64,000 bases of DNA from assembly GCF_009914755.1 (NCBI RefSeq), contig NC_060930.1. One strand, given 5' to 3'. This DNA is from the human T2T-CHM13v2.0 reference genome, Homo sapiens. Below, piece by piece: positions 1-13,624 of this stretch. A model generated the notes under the pieces. That model searched no databases and was not told the origin of the DNA. It worked only from the letters and a program-made list of their open reading frames with translations. Position 1 is the first letter of the stretch; every line of letters starts with the position of its first letter. A program made the position numbers and the translations under genes.

Positions 1-175
1 CTTCTAGGTTTACCACTCACTTGCTGTGTGATACAAGGACATTTATTTCTTCCTAAACTTAAATTTTCTTATCTGTAAAATGGAGATAAATAATATTTTT
101 GTCACAGGATTAGATAAAGAATAATATGAAAAGTATCTAGTGTCTGGTAAAAAATGGATCCTCACCAAATAGATG
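1..175 (+). mobile_element. MIR SINE fragment
   Basis: Degenerate MIR core: 'cttgctgtgtgat...ttttcttatctgtaaaatggagataa'. Confidence 0.6.
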
Positions 176-1079
176 ATATAATGACAAGGACAACAATGCT
201 GAAATGTTTATCATTTAGATAATCTTAACAGCTCAACCCTCCCTTTTGCTCTACGATGCCCGAGTTCAAAATACTTTTCTTAAAATTTATATTTCATTCA
301 CAATCATTTCTATTTCAAAATCCTTCCTTTCCCTGAAAATCACAGCTTCATGGCATTCATTAATGATGAGGCAATTCCCACCACCATGACAGCCTTGGTC
401 ATGAACTACTTGCAGATTCAGCTTAATAATGACTGACTGAGAATGCATCAGATGCTAGGCATTATATACACAGAAATTTTAGGAGATCACATGATGACAC
501 CCTCTAAACAGGAGCCTGAGGAACAGCAGCTTCAAGTGAGAAACTTTTCACAGGGCAAATAACATCTAAAATACCAACCAGAATACACAGTAATGCAATA
601 ATGGCCAAATGAATTTTAGTTGTATAATGTTCTCTCTTTTCACATTGTTTTCATAGCACACATTTCCAGGTTTCTATAAAAATCAGCCAATGATGAAAAG
701 CAACATTTGTTATCTTAGTTTATATTAGTAACTCGATTTCCCCTAGGACTGCTATAGATGTGGAAGGGGTTTGGGACTGAATTAATGAAGCTATTTGGAT
801 AACAGCTGAAATAAGATCCAGGAATGAAATAATGTATCTATAAATCTTTTTCTGTGTCTTTAGATTCTGCAATCCCTTGAGCTACTTTCTTGGTACCTGG
901 AGGAGAAAATGATTATTTTAATTTTAAAAAGCCAGTAGGTGTAAATATATGCTGAGCCTTAGAAACAAGCCTTAAATTTTTCCAAAGATACTTCATATAT
1001 TTCAGATACAAAAATGTAAGATTTTTTGCACTGCCAATCTTCTAATAAAGACTTAAAGAAAAGAGAACATTTAAAAATG

Positions 1080-1520
1080 TTTATTCATCATCCATTTCTT
1101 CAGCAAATGTAAAGGTAGAGTCTACAATCTATAGGATCCTATATGGGGTGGGGTTGGCAAGTGCTTCAGTCATGGTCTGTGCCTTCAAGGACATCACGGG
1201 CTGGGCATGGAGTGTGGACTTGCACACCAACACCGCCGACGTGTGGTGATGGTTAACTGATCACTTACAGATAACATGCCATGACAGCTCATAGGATAAA
1301 GCATTACATAGAGCTGGGTTTTGTTACCGAAGAATGAGGTTTGAGTTGACCCCTGAAGATGGGAAGGAGTGGACACAGAGAGGAGAAAGAACATCATATG
1401 CAGTGGGAACAAACATTTCTGAAGGTAACAAATTCTGCTGAGAAGTGACTGATGTGAAACTTTGGGAAGTAGTCGTGAAAAGGCAGATTGGTGTTGGATT
1501 GCAGATTCATACTCTGGGTC
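1080..1520 (-). mobile_element. L2 LINE 3' fragment
   Basis: Begins with an antisense L2 tail-like 'ttattcatcatccatt'; purine-rich L2 antisense motifs such as 'tttgagttgacccctgaagatg'. Confidence 0.5.
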
Positions 1521-1664
1521 ATGACGGCTGGGCTCTATTTAAGAAACCCTCATTGTTTTTACAGTGCCTGACATATGCTACCTGCTGAATAAAAATGTGA
1601 GGAATGAAATGGCCAGAGCTTCACCTCGACCACGGACAGGCCATACCAGAGGCAGCAAGGCACA

Positions 1665-1830
1665 CAATAGAATACTCTGCATTCAGAGTCTCCTCCTAAT
1701 AATTAGCATGACCTTGGGTATATGCAGTATCTTGTCTGAGAAGGAATATTTCAATCTACACGATGGACATAATAACTATCTTATCTAACGGGGTGTTTGT
1801 GAGGTTCAAATGCAATCATCACTGTTGAAA
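1665..1830 (+). mobile_element. MIR fragment
   Basis: 'tgaccttggg...gtgtttgtgaggttcaaatg' resembles the MIR core and 3' part. Confidence 0.5.
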
Positions 1831-2024
1831 TGTACTGGAATAATAACGACGTTGTAACTAGCACAGAAGAGACCAGTATGACATCTATTAATTATTCCAA
1901 TAAGAGGTGGTGACCACCTGAAGTGGAAATGGGGAGGCAGGGTCTGGTGTCAGGGGTAAAGGACAGTTCAAAGTTGAAGGCAACAGGGCCAGGACTCCAG
2001 GGCATCTCTATCTCTGAAATCTAC

Positions 2025-3240
2025 TCTGATAAGTGCTGTGGACAAAAATCAAGCAGAGCGGTGGGATGGCGGGTTATAAGAGGGTGGGCAGAGAAACCAT
2101 CTTAGAGGAGACGGCTTAGAGCTGAGATTTAAAGGAATGAACGCCTTCCAGGCAGAAAGAACAGAATGTACAAAGGTCCTGATGCAGGAGCTCAGTAACG
2201 ATACTGAGTGAACAGTCTAGAAGCTCATTTGGCCACAGCACCGTGGCCATTGTCGGGGCAGCAGAACATGTGCTTGGAGAGATGGCCACAATCACATCAG
2301 GACAGTCCCATGGGCACAGTGGACTTAGGGTTTTACTGTGAATGTGATGGGCAGGCAGATGGTTTGTGTCTGAAAAATGTTAGAAGGATCACTCTGGCTG
2401 CTGTGTGAGAATCAGCTGAGAACATTCTAGACATTGAAGACTGATAGGAATAGGACTGGGCAGGAGGCTGCTGCCTGGAGGCACCATGAGGGATGATGGT
2501 GTTTGAACAAGAGAATAGAAGTGAGGGATCTGTGAAGTGATCGGATTCAAGGTCTAGCTGGAGGTAGCGTCAGCAACGCTGCTGATGGATTAGATGGGGG
2601 CCTGTATAAGAAAGACAGGAGTCAGATAGGACTTGAAGATATTTGTCCTTAGCAACTGAGAGAGCAGTGGTGCTGTGCTCTGGGGTAATGGTCTCTTCAG
2701 GGAAGGGCAGGTTTGGCAGGAAGTATTTAGAGTTCTATTTGGGACATGTAATATTTGAGATGCTAGTTCCCCATCCTACTATCCAATGGGTAGCTGAATA
2801 TACAAGGATGGAGAAAGGGAGAGAAATAGGGCTGGAAATATCAATTTTGTAGTCATCCATGTATAATATCACAGAAAGCCATGGGCACGAATGACAATAA
2901 TTTAAAAGGTATAATAATAGAGAAGAGTTTTAAAATGAGATATGGGTGCTCAGTTCTTGGGTTGCTGGGAAGATGAGGAAGAGTCGTCAGGGCAGCCAAA
3001 GAGAAGTGGCCCATGTGGCCGGTGTGCATTCGGCGGACTCTGATGTCCCAGAAGTCATGAAAGAAAATGACCATGTCATTTGGGGATGTGAGGATTCTTG
3101 GAGTCGTTTTGAAGAGTGGTAGGAGGAAATGACAGGCTAGAGTGGGAGGTGAGCATGGAGAGATGCTGAGCCTAGATATTTTTTGAGGCATTTTTAGTAG
3201 AAAAAGAAAGAGAGAATTTGGGTAGTAGATGGTAAGTGTG
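2025..3240 (-). mobile_element. L2 LINE (long antisense fragment)
   Basis: Typical L2 antisense motifs: 'ttccaggcagaaagaacag...caaaggtcctga', 'aggatcactctggctgctgtgtgaga', 'gagttctatttgggacatgt...tttgagatgct'. Confidence 0.8.
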
Positions 3241-3334
3241 AAGAAATATGGAAGGTTATTTACGAAATAATGTAACTTGGGAGATGCTACAACAAGATTC
3301 TGTCTGATACGAATGAATTACCCAGTATACGTCC

Positions 3335-3480
3335 TCTTATTAAATATTTACAAAACTCTATATGGTAGGTGTTATCACTATTTTAGGGATGAGAAAATGG
3401 ATTTGCAAGGGAGACACATGGTCCAAGACAGCATGGGAACTGGTGGAGCTGAGAAGGAATTCCAGCTCAACTGAACACTA
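3335..3480 (-). mobile_element. MIR fragment
   Basis: Antisense MIR: 'ggtaggtgttatcactattttagggatgagaaaatgga...ccaagacagca'. Confidence 0.6.
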
Positions 3481-3935
3481 CAGTGGAAGCTTGAGTACAT
3501 ATACAATGTCACCACCAGAGTACATTTACAATGTCAATAAAATCATTTTTTAACTCACATCTGGGAAGCAAGATAGCACCAGACTTTGGGTTAAAGGAAA
3601 AATCTCCAAATCTCTTATTAGTTGAAAAACCTTGCTTTCCTTTGTTTTGTTTGTTTATTTGGTTGTTTGCTTGTTTTATAAGTTACTGATGGAAGAGAAC
3701 ATCAAATATTCGCCAGATACATGTGCAGAACATTTCAGAGCTAGGGAGGTGGCCAGGAGAAGTTTCAGAAGGGAGAGTGAAGTGAATGGGCCCAGACACT
3801 TCAAGGACATGGAATTTATTTAACTAGAATGTCTGAGTAGGAATAAATGAAGGCAGAAGAAAGTTGAAAAATTTTGGATGATCTAGTTAAAGGCTTTGAA
3901 GCAAAGAGTGAGGATTTGGACCTGCTTCTCTTTAG

Positions 3936-4070
3936 AGTGAAAGCTACTCTGAGATCAAAGCCATAGGTGAAAAGAAAGGTTGACAGCAGCATGGAGAATT
4001 GATTGGAAAAAGGTTTTGATGGAGGCAGAGAGTGCCAAAAAGAAAGAGTGGATGTCAGCTCATTCTTCTG
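3936..4070 (+). other. Candidate non-coding exon (135 nt), within L2-like sequence
   Basis: Acceptor 'cctgcttctctttag|' and donor 'CTG|gtaagt'; stops in all three frames; no transcript evidence. Confidence 0.2.
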
Positions 4071-4391
4071 GTAAGTAATTACAATAATGACCCTATGCTA
4101 GCACTGTTGAAAACTAAAGATTAGAGTCCATTATTACAATAGAGCTATTTTTACACGAGAAAAAATCCCAAGGTTTAATCGAAACTGTTCATACTGAAAC
4201 TATGACAAGCCAATTGTTCCTAGTACTTTTAATAAGAAATATACATGTTATAACAAAACCTATCACTACAACTGGGAATAACACAGAGCATCCCACCTTA
4301 CTGATGGCATATCAGTAGCATCACCTTTTACATAAAGAAATTCTGTCTAATTCACAAAATATACTATTTTTAGGGAATAATAAAATATTAG

Positions 4392-4563
4392 TTTTGTTGT
4401 TGTTGTTTGGCTTTTACAGACTGGGTCTTCCCCTGTCTCCCAGGCTGGAGTGCAGTGGCCTGATCATAGCTCACTGTAGTCTCTAACCCCTAGGCTCAAG
4501 AGATCTTCCTGTCTCAGCCTCCCAAAGTGCTGAGATTACAGGTTTGAGCCACCAGGACTAGCT
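4392..4563 (-). mobile_element. Alu monomer (FRAM/FAM-like, or AluJ with arm-to-arm deletion)
   Basis: Right-arm 'cccaggctggagtgcagtgg...gatcatagctcactg' joined directly to left-arm-type 'cccaaagtgctgagattacagg...gagccacc'; (TTG)n tail. Confidence 0.88.
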
Positions 4564-5724
4564 AAAACACCGCGATTAAAGGCACAGAAAACATTTTTAC
4601 TTTTATTCCCGATTAGTTGTCCTAACTGAAATTTTAAAAGAAGTCATTGAATATGGAATCTGAGAAATTAGAACAACAGTAAATTAGATCCTAGCTCTTC
4701 AGTGGGTTGGAAGGTGCATACTTCATTCACCTATTAAGCTGACATTTATTTATACCTACAGACTGACTGAGGCAACAGAAAGAGAAAAAGTGCTTTTTGA
4801 TAATACACTGAGGCTCAAAATTTTAAATCAGAGTTGAAATCATCACTTCACAAAGTCTGCTGGAGTGCTGAGGCCATCTGTCTCCTTGCCCTGACTCTTG
4901 TCTCCACGTCAGTGACAGTGTGTGTAGCTGACTGTGGATCTGCAGATGAGAGGGTCTTTGCAATGGGCTGGTCAGAGAAGGTAGAAGGTGAAAGGTGAAA
5001 GGTGAAAGGCTGAAGGAATGGGGGAGGGGAGGGGCCATTTTCAGTCTCCTTTTCTGACATTACTGATCATTTCTGATCACAAAAGTAAGGGACTCCTTGG
5101 GATTGCAAACCACTTTATTTAAAGAACAAAATAAAAGTCATATTAGGATGAACTAAGTAATATATTTACATTCTACAAAAGCGCTCAAAATACAGTCTTT
5201 ATTCAAAAGCCCAAGTCAGATGGATTTTCTCACTGAAGCCTTGCTGAGTCCCTCAACTGGAGTTCACCCTCAGCCCTGAGTCCCCCAGAATACATTGTAC
5301 ATATATTTTAGGAAAGAAACATGTTCTACTTTCTAAATTTCTGTTAAAACATAATGTATTTATGTATATATAAATATATATAAATAAATATATTTTTATA
5401 AATTGTAGATAATCTACAGAATTTCTATAATATAGAAATTGTATAGGTATAATTTTATATATATTGTGTGTTCATATATACATGCATATCTCACACAGGA
5501 ACAGGAAAAGGAACATCCAGGAAAAACTTCTTCCCCTTTAGTAGGATTCACTTAAGGAGAACTCAACGATTTGATGCATTTCAGCTGTTTGAATATAACT
5601 TAGCTACTCAGTAATACATATGCAAGTATTTTAATTCTTTTTGAATCAGCCCAAGTAAGCCTTAGGTTCTGAATTCTGCCTTGTGTAAATGTCACCTCAT
5701 TTATTTACTAGGTGCAAATAATAC

Positions 5725-5932
5725 ACTGCTAAGCGATATGTGTTGGCTTCCAAGCCATCAGTTATGGGTTTAAATTTGGAATCTAGAATTTACCAGGTAT
5801 GTAATTTGGAGTAAGTTAATTTAATTTCCTAGGCATAAGTTGCCTCATTTCTTAAAATGGGGTCTATGCCTCCTTGGATTGTTGAGAAAATGACATGGGA
5901 TGATATTTGGCAAGTGTTCATTAAATGGTAGC
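5725..5932 (+). mobile_element. MIR
   Basis: 'gtaagttaatttaatttcc...cctcatttcttaaaatgggg...ggattgttgagaa...cattaaatggtagc'. Confidence 0.7.
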
Positions 5933-6499
5933 CTTTGTTTTCAGCATCGTCACTGTGATCAGCTGAATTGCTGATTTTCACTTTAACTACAGGAAACTTG
6001 AGTGGAAAAGTCTGAGTCATTTATGTACTCATTACTTCAGCGGATCAATTCCAAGTAACAAAGCTAGGGCCTCTGCTTATTGTTTATTGTCAGTTGCCTG
6101 AAAGGGAAATGTAGAGGAGGCCACTTCATGTAACAACACAGATAACTCCAAAATAAAGGAATTTTATTTATTTATCCACATTTATTAAAATATTTACTTT
6201 GTAAGTATAAAAATATTTAAAAATAATTAAATATAATTTTATTTATGAAGTGGGCAGATGTATAAAGAGGAATGTGTGAAAATGTATAGAAAAAGGATTT
6301 ATCTTATAAGTACCTCATTTTTAATGAGACTCTAAAAGAAACACTCAATCTATTCTAAGAAAAATATAGTAACATGACTATCAAAGAATCATTTATTAAA
6401 AGCCTTCAGCTTCAAGTGGGTTACTTTTTAAAATAAATGATTTTATTTCCAATTAATTTGGAGGTCTGGCTGGGAATATAAAAGAATATTATTGTGTTG

Positions 6500-6690
6500 C
6501 ACAGGCTTAGAAATCAAACAAGTCTGGACTGAAATCATGACTTGCTATTTACCAGCTACTCAAACTTTCTTGGGGTCAGTGTCCTTATTTATAAAATGGA
6601 GGCAATATTAGTATATATTTAAGCAAATGTCTGTAGAGATTACAGGAAGCAGGTGAGGTACCTAAAACTACCTGAGACACCTAGTTCTTC
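6500..6690 (+). mobile_element. MIR fragment
   Basis: 'cagtgtccttatttataaaatggaggcaata' matches the MIR core. Confidence 0.5.
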
Positions 6691-6769
6691 ACTTTAAGGG
6701 TTATCTGCTTTGCTAATTTCTCTCACACTATAAGCAGCTAGAAAAATAGAGAAACAACTGTTTTCTGAC

Positions 6770-7151
6770 TGTCTCAGTCTGTTTTGTGCTGCTATAACAG
6801 AACTCCTGACACTGGGTAAATTAGGAACAGAAATGTATTGGCTCACAGCTCTGGGGACTGGGAGGTCCAGTATCAAGGTGCTGGCATCTGGCAAGGTCTT
6901 TGTGTTGTGTCATGACATAGTGAAATGCATCACATGGCAGAATGGCAAGAGAGAGCAAAGGGGGCTGAACTTGCCCTTTCATAATGGGTCCACTCCTGAG
7001 ATAACAAACTTACTCTAGGACATGAATCCACTCATGAGGGCAGAGCCCCGATGGCTTATCGCCTCTTAAAGGTCCCATCTCTTCACACTGTTACAATGGC
7101 AATTAAATTTCAACATGAGTTTTGGAAGGGACAAACATTCAAACCATAGTG
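6770..7151 (-). mobile_element. MaLR solo LTR (MSTC/MSTD-like)
   Basis: Starts 'tgtctcagtctgttttgtgctgctataacagaa' and ends 'catgagttttggaagggacaaacattcaaaccatagt', the antisense MST-type LTR termini; about 380 bp. Confidence 0.88.
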
Positions 7152-7249
7152 GATATATAGAAGTTATATATATAAAATACATATGATTGGACTGAGGTAA
7201 TGCGGGACTGTGATCCCGACGTGAAGGAAACCTACAAAGATTTGGCCTT

Positions 7250-8190
7250 GTTAGCTATAGCAGAGGAAGGGAGACACCAAACAAAGCCTAGAAGTCTCGG
7301 TGAACTGGGGAACCACAAATCGAAGTTTAGGGAGGTTAAGGAAACTAGAATTTTCAGGACACAATACCTAAAAGAAGTGACTTGCACAGAGAGAGTTCTG
7401 GAAATTTGCGGATAGACTACCTTGAATCTCTGGCTGAATATTATTTTTCCGTACATGCATGAGGTTAACAATTCTCAAAGCTCACACGGAGGTGGGATAT
7501 TTTGCATTCCCACCAGACAGAGTGGAGAGACCTTATGGTACTTGAGGCATCTGGTAGAGTTGCCAGAAGACTACTGTCATCATGGTGGGGCTAAATTACC
7601 CATAGCATTATGGCTCTTCTGGATGCCCCAGCAAAGCATAAAAGCAAGTCTCAAAAGGAATTGATGTCGACTAGCTCAACTGTTGCCTGCATAAAGACAA
7701 ACTTTTTTTAAACAGAATGCTACAAAATCCACCACCTAATGTACAATGTCTGGAATCTAGTAAATCACTATGAATCGTGCAAAGAAACATAAAAATAGGA
7801 ACCACAACCAGGAGAAAAATCAATCAATTAAAAAAGATCCAGAAATGACAGAGATAATGAAATTCATAGTCAAGAATATTTAGCTACTATTACAAACATG
7901 CTCCATATGTCCAAGGAAGTAGAGGGAAAGAGGATCATGATGAGGAGAAAAGTGAGTGTTGAAAGTCTCAAATGTAATATATGGAGAGAAAAAAATACCA
8001 TATTTTCAATAAAGATACACTAGAGAGATTAACAATTGATTAGATAATGCAGAAGGGAAAAAGGCAGTGAATGTGAAGAAATAGCAAGAGAACCCATTCA
8101 TAACTCATCTCACCAAGAAAATAGGGCCAGAGTATCAGTGACCTATGAAGCAATACCAAGTGGTCCAACACAGGAGAAATTGGTGCTGCC
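7250..8190 (+). mobile_element. Old L1 (L1M) 5'/ORF1-region fragment
   Basis: A-rich degenerate L1M ORF1 motifs: 'aaccaggagaaaaatcaatcaat...ccagaaatgacagagataatgaaatt', 'attagataatgcagaag', 'gagtatcagtgacct'. Confidence 0.7.
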
Positions 8191-9132
8191 CATCCAAGCA
8201 AGGAAATAACAAGGGGAGATAAAGCAAAGCTTGAGAATTTTTAGAAGTTGGAAGGTAACTAAGAGAAAGCAAGAGTGGGGGCTAAGAATGATGGAAGACA
8301 TGATCGATGCCTTCAGTCCTTCCTTGATACCCAGAGATGGGCCATTACCTCCTTAAAAAGAAGTTTAAAGTAATGAAACTCAATTTGACACAATACTGAA
8401 AAATGGAGTTGTATTCATGCATATATTGTACATTTTGCTGTCACTATTTTAGGGGATGGTGGCAGAAACCAAAGGAGGCTCTTAATGCCTTTGGCATCAA
8501 CAATGGTGTTTCCTTGGCATCTACACTAACACGCCTTAATTAACCTATCACCATCTTAAGTCCTTGTAGATTAAAATTGGGTGAAAATTTTTAGAATAAG
8601 TATCTACAAAAATATAAAGCCTTCCCTTGAAGAGCGGACAACTGTGGAAATATACAAAGAATGGAAAAATCCACTAACAAGTGACGTGACACAGAAAGAC
8701 GAATACAGGCACAGGGAAGAGACAATTTGAACAGAGGCTTATGAGGACGTCGGGTGTGGGAAGGGCCCACTGCAGGGTAAAGAGAATCAGCATGGCAGTA
8801 TGATGGAAACACACCCATAGCACTCTCCACAGCATCACAGTCATCTCCATGTATGGGCCATGGTGGTCAGTTTGCCTAAAACTAGCACTGGGAATGACAG
8901 CTTGTTCTCAGCTTAGCTGTGGACTCACACTGAGAGATTAGGTTTCATAAAGCAGAAACGTACATCAGCCTCAGAGGACATGAGTAAAAAGTATAAAAAC
9001 AGACCCGCACCTATACATAGGAATAAAATGAAGTATCTGTAGGTACCAGTTGATCTGAAATGGCCCACTCCAACGAACAGAAGGTGCCTGCCTGCAAGCC
9101 TACTTTGAGTTGTTTTAAACATTATGAACCTG

Positions 9133-9166
9133 ACAGAGCGAGACTCCATCTCAAAAAAAAAAAAAA
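9133..9166 (+). mobile_element. Extremely 5'-truncated Alu (20 bp plus poly-A) with TSD
   Basis: 'acagagcgagactccatctc' plus A-tail, flanked by the direct repeat attatgaacctg (9121-9132 and 9167-9178). Confidence 0.88.
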
Positions 9167-10108
9167 ATTATGAACCTGCCAGGATACTGAATAAATGCTA
9201 CTTAGTACAAATGTCCAAATATAGGAAAGTCCATTATATTTTTGGAAACTTAATGTCACCAATGACTTCATTTATTAAAAAGGCACTCTGCATGTGAGAT
9301 AAAGTTGGGTATTTGAATGATTTTAAGTCACTAAATAGTTCTGTGAAAACAGTTCAGCAGAATTAGCTATTAGAATAAAAGCATTGTCCTTGATAATATG
9401 ATTCTGAACATTCAATTGGGGATTGCATTATGATTCAGTTTTCGCACTCTAAAATCCAACTTCCCTTTTAGTTTCCTGTTTAAAATTATAATTTCTAAGA
9501 CTAAGAGCCACAATTGCCCTTCTAGCCTTTTGCTTTTCATGATAATTTAGAAAAAAAAGAAATTGAGAAACATATGGCAGGTAATCATTTGCAAACACAC
9601 GACTCTTTCAATGCCTGCCATGTTCAACTTCATTTTATAGCATCTATCTTGGCAATATAAATTGTGTTTGGCTGCAGAGGTATGCAGTGCAGTACAATGA
9701 AGAAAAGCAATCGTGACAACTGAAAAATAAACAACAAATGTGTGTTTGTGAGGGAGAGAATGTGTGTGTGTATATGTGTGTGTGGTTTAGACGGCACCAG
9801 CTCTCTGCTTTTCCGGCTTTCTTCCAAAGGGGAATGGTGTTATTTTCGTTGGTTTCCTTGTTCCCTTTTACAGCAAAGCAATGCCACTGGAGGAAAGACA
9901 ATTGCCACATCTCAGAGGGTTGCCAAATGACCTCAAACCAGTTCAAAAGGAGCGCCCTCACCAGTTCCACAAATGAAAGCAATTTAATGCAGGTGGATTG
10001 GGTCAGGAATATTTACTATTATAAAGGCCATGTTTTTTGAAACAAGAGCCTACATTATATTAATTTTTAAAAGTGGTAGCACAGGAAGACTGTAAGATTA
10101 TTTATGAT

Positions 10109-10433
<325 letters not shown>

Positions 10434-11551
10434 TTATTTATGATATAGTGACTATTCAGAATGAAACATGCTAGCATACTCACGTTTTTGTAAACTTTGA
10501 CTTTCATGCAACTTCCCCAAAATTCTCTCAAAAGTAAGTTTTCTGGGTTTTTAATAAAAATTATCAAAAGTATCTAAGATTCAAAACTTTGAAAGTATAT
10601 AACTAAGCCTTCAAAATCAAATCAAATTTACCTAATGCTTTATTTTTCAATGGGTTTTGATAAACCAAGTTAAATATATTTGGAATACTTCAACTGTGCA
10701 ATCTACAGTTTAATGTATTCAGAGACATTCTAGCTCAAATAAGTGCAGTCACTTGTCTTACTGTTCAATTAACATTCAAATTAACCATTTAAATTTCAAC
10801 ATATTTTGCTTTATTGATTATGTATTTTAAGACAACATAAAAATGAAAGAAAACATGCTTGATTTGGAGGCAATACATGCAAATTACCCATGGCAGTCAA
10901 TATTGGTAATAGAGAAACTTAAAAAGCATCCAGTTGATTTCAAATAAATGTAGAATACTGCTATATAGTATACTTTGCATAAGTGGTATATACTGTTGGG
11001 AAGTAGGGGGAGCAAAAGAAGCTTATGTACATGGAGTTAACACACACGAAGAGCAGGTATAAAGAAATAGCTGCCCATTGTCCCATTTGATGGAAGTAGC
11101 CTTTTTCCCTAGAGAAGAAGCATTAAAGGAGAGTCAGTCTAACCAGGATTATTTGTGTGTTATCTGTTCTGAAAATAGCGCACTCAGGCAAGATGATCAC
11201 CAAAACCTTTCCATAAATATAGTCTGCAATGCACCATTGTAAGCTGTCCCGTTTACTATTTTGACTCATATTAAATGCCAAGAGTATGTAAACACATGAT
11301 CACTTATATTAATATCCATGCATAAGCTGCTTAAAAGATTTTAGTTCACAAAACTCAGATACGAAACTGCAATAAGTCTGAAAAGCAGTAAGGCAGGAGA
11401 GAAGGAGAGTAGCCAATTAAGAAATGGATAGAAAAAAAATGAAAATGCATAGTGAGAAGGGGTATTATACTGGCTAAATGTACAACCCCAGGTCATGGGG
11501 TTACCTGCACCAGAGAATTCCAGATGCTAGCCCTGGCTCATGCAGCACAGA

Positions 11552-11792
11552 TGGCAGCCCAGTGGTGAAGAGCCTGCATCCGGCAGTCAGACTTCCTGGC
11601 TCCACATCCTGTCTCTGCCAGGTACTTGATGTATGGCTTTGGTCAAGTAAGTTAAACTCTCTCTGCCTCAGTTTCCTCATTTGAATAATGGAGATGAGCA
11701 TCGTTCCTCCATTATAGGCTTGTTATGGAGACTAAAGCAGTTAATGATCATAAAGGTCTTAGAACTGTGGTGGGAACATAGTAAGCGCTATG
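11552..11792 (+). mobile_element. MIR, near full length
   Basis: 'agtggtgaagagc...aagttaaactctctctgcctcagtttcctcatttg...catagtaagcgct'. Confidence 0.85.
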
Positions 11793-11999
11793 TGTCTCCT
11801 AGCCGAATGACCATCCTGACCCCCTGGATTTTTTATTTATGCAATAAAGATAACAACACAGACCTCAAAAGGCACTTATAATCAAATTATTTGAGTTAAT
11901 ATTTGTACAGCATTGCCCACAGTGACCAAAATAGAGTAAACAAACAGTAAACAGTAACAGAATCAGTATTGCTTTAGTGAAGAAACAGCTAAGATTTAA

Positions 12000-12120
12000 T
12001 AAACACCTACCATGCTGAGCACTTTACATTATTAATTCATTTTATCCGCTAACAACCATGTTTGAGGTAGATTTTATCATCATCTCTACTACAAAGATGG
12101 GAAATTGGAAACAGGTAAAT
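12000..12120 (-). mobile_element. MIR fragment
   Basis: 'gctgagcactttacattatt...aacaaccatg...gaggtag...acaaagatgggaaattg'. Confidence 0.6.
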
Positions 12121-12351
12121 AATAATGATAAATACTACTAGTCTGAGGAAAGCTACTAGAATTGAATAAAAAATTACTTATAAACCAAGGCAATCAACCT
12201 AATTAATTAGCCTTTGGACTTTTTCTCAGTTAATTCCCAATTTTGTGACTGAATTGGTCAAGATGATTTGCAGTGTTGGCACGTAATACATGGCCAATTG
12301 TTCTAGGAGATGTTCTTTATTTATTTATACATGTGAGAATTACTGAACACC

Positions 12352-12856
12352 TTGGCAGAGGCCACTAGCTAGTTGTCTTGGTGATACATATTTTTCTCCT
12401 TCTTCCTTGTTGAGTAATGAGATATTTAAGGTGGTAAAATGGCCACCCACAACACTAGATTTCCAAGTCTCCCTTGCAGCTAGAAGTATCATTGACTAAT
12501 TTCTGGCTAATGAAATGTTGGCAGAAGGTTAAAATTATTCCTTAAATGCAAAGAATGAAGCTGGCTGGTACGAGTCTTTATCAGCAATTCTCCTTTCTTC
12601 TTCTTGCTTGCACTATGGACTTGATGGCTGATGTGCCATAGAATGTCTTGGACCAAGAGGTGACCTTGGGAAAATAGCCATGCACTATAAGGGCAATGAG
12701 GCAGAGATCCTGGTTCTCAGTGGTGATACATGGCGGCTTTAGACTACCTATGACCAGACTTCTACTACAGAGAAAAATGTACACTTCTGTCAGCTTTAAA
12801 ATCACTGGAATTTTTGGACTTTGTTCCTAGCAGGTGAATACAATTCATGCTGATAT
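12352..12856 (+). mobile_element. Old MaLR LTR (MLT1I/J-like)
   Basis: MLT1 motifs 'tctcccttgcagctaga...tgactaatttctggctaatgaaatg', 'tgatggctg...cttggaccaagagg', and a 3' end resembling MLT1. Confidence 0.7.
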
Positions 12857-12919
12857 GAGCAGCCATATGAACTGAACATCAAGGGCAAACAAGATACATT
12901 TGAAGAAAATAAGAATGCA

Positions 12920-13170
12920 AATAATTAAATGCAATAAAGCATTGCACATATTAGGTAATAAATAGCACAGGGTATAATGAGATTGCCCAGGAGAAAAGTG
13001 TTTATTCTGTCTGCATGGGTTTCTTAGAGGTGATGAAGCTTGAATTGAGTCTTGAAAAATGAGAAGGCATTTGATTCAAGAAGACAGGAGTGAAGCGACG
13101 GGCTGCAGCCATTCCAGGCACAGAGAACTCATGGGGAAAAAGTCACAGAGAGATATGAGTAATTAGATAT
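12920..13170 (-). mobile_element. L2 fragment
   Basis: 'ttcttagaggtgatgaagcttgaattgagtcttgaaa...cattccaggcacagagaac'. Confidence 0.6.
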
Positions 13171-13624
13171 TTCTGAATCAAACTGTTATTAGTCATTAGG
13201 GTCAAAAATATATAATTTCATACAGAACGGATGGCATATTTGATTGAATAAGACATTATAAAAATTATCTGGCTCATTTAAAGAAATCTACATATTCTTC
13301 TCCATGTAATATGCTTAAAAGTGGTTGACACTTAAGAAGGCAAAGAAAGGGGCTGGTGATGCGGCTTGCTATCACAGGCTCTCTCTCAAAATGTAGGTGC
13401 TCACTACCCCAGCTTGACCCTGTTACCGCGCACACTTGGTTGAGGTTAACAAAGCGCACTTGGAGAGAACTTTAAAGGCAACCTTTAGAAAAGCACAAAT
13501 CTCCAATAAATTAATATTCTCCCATCATGATAAAAACACATAAAATATGCAAGATGGATTTTAATATTCATGACTCACATCTTTCAAAAGATTGGTGAGA
13601 TATCAAATGTGATACGATAACAAA

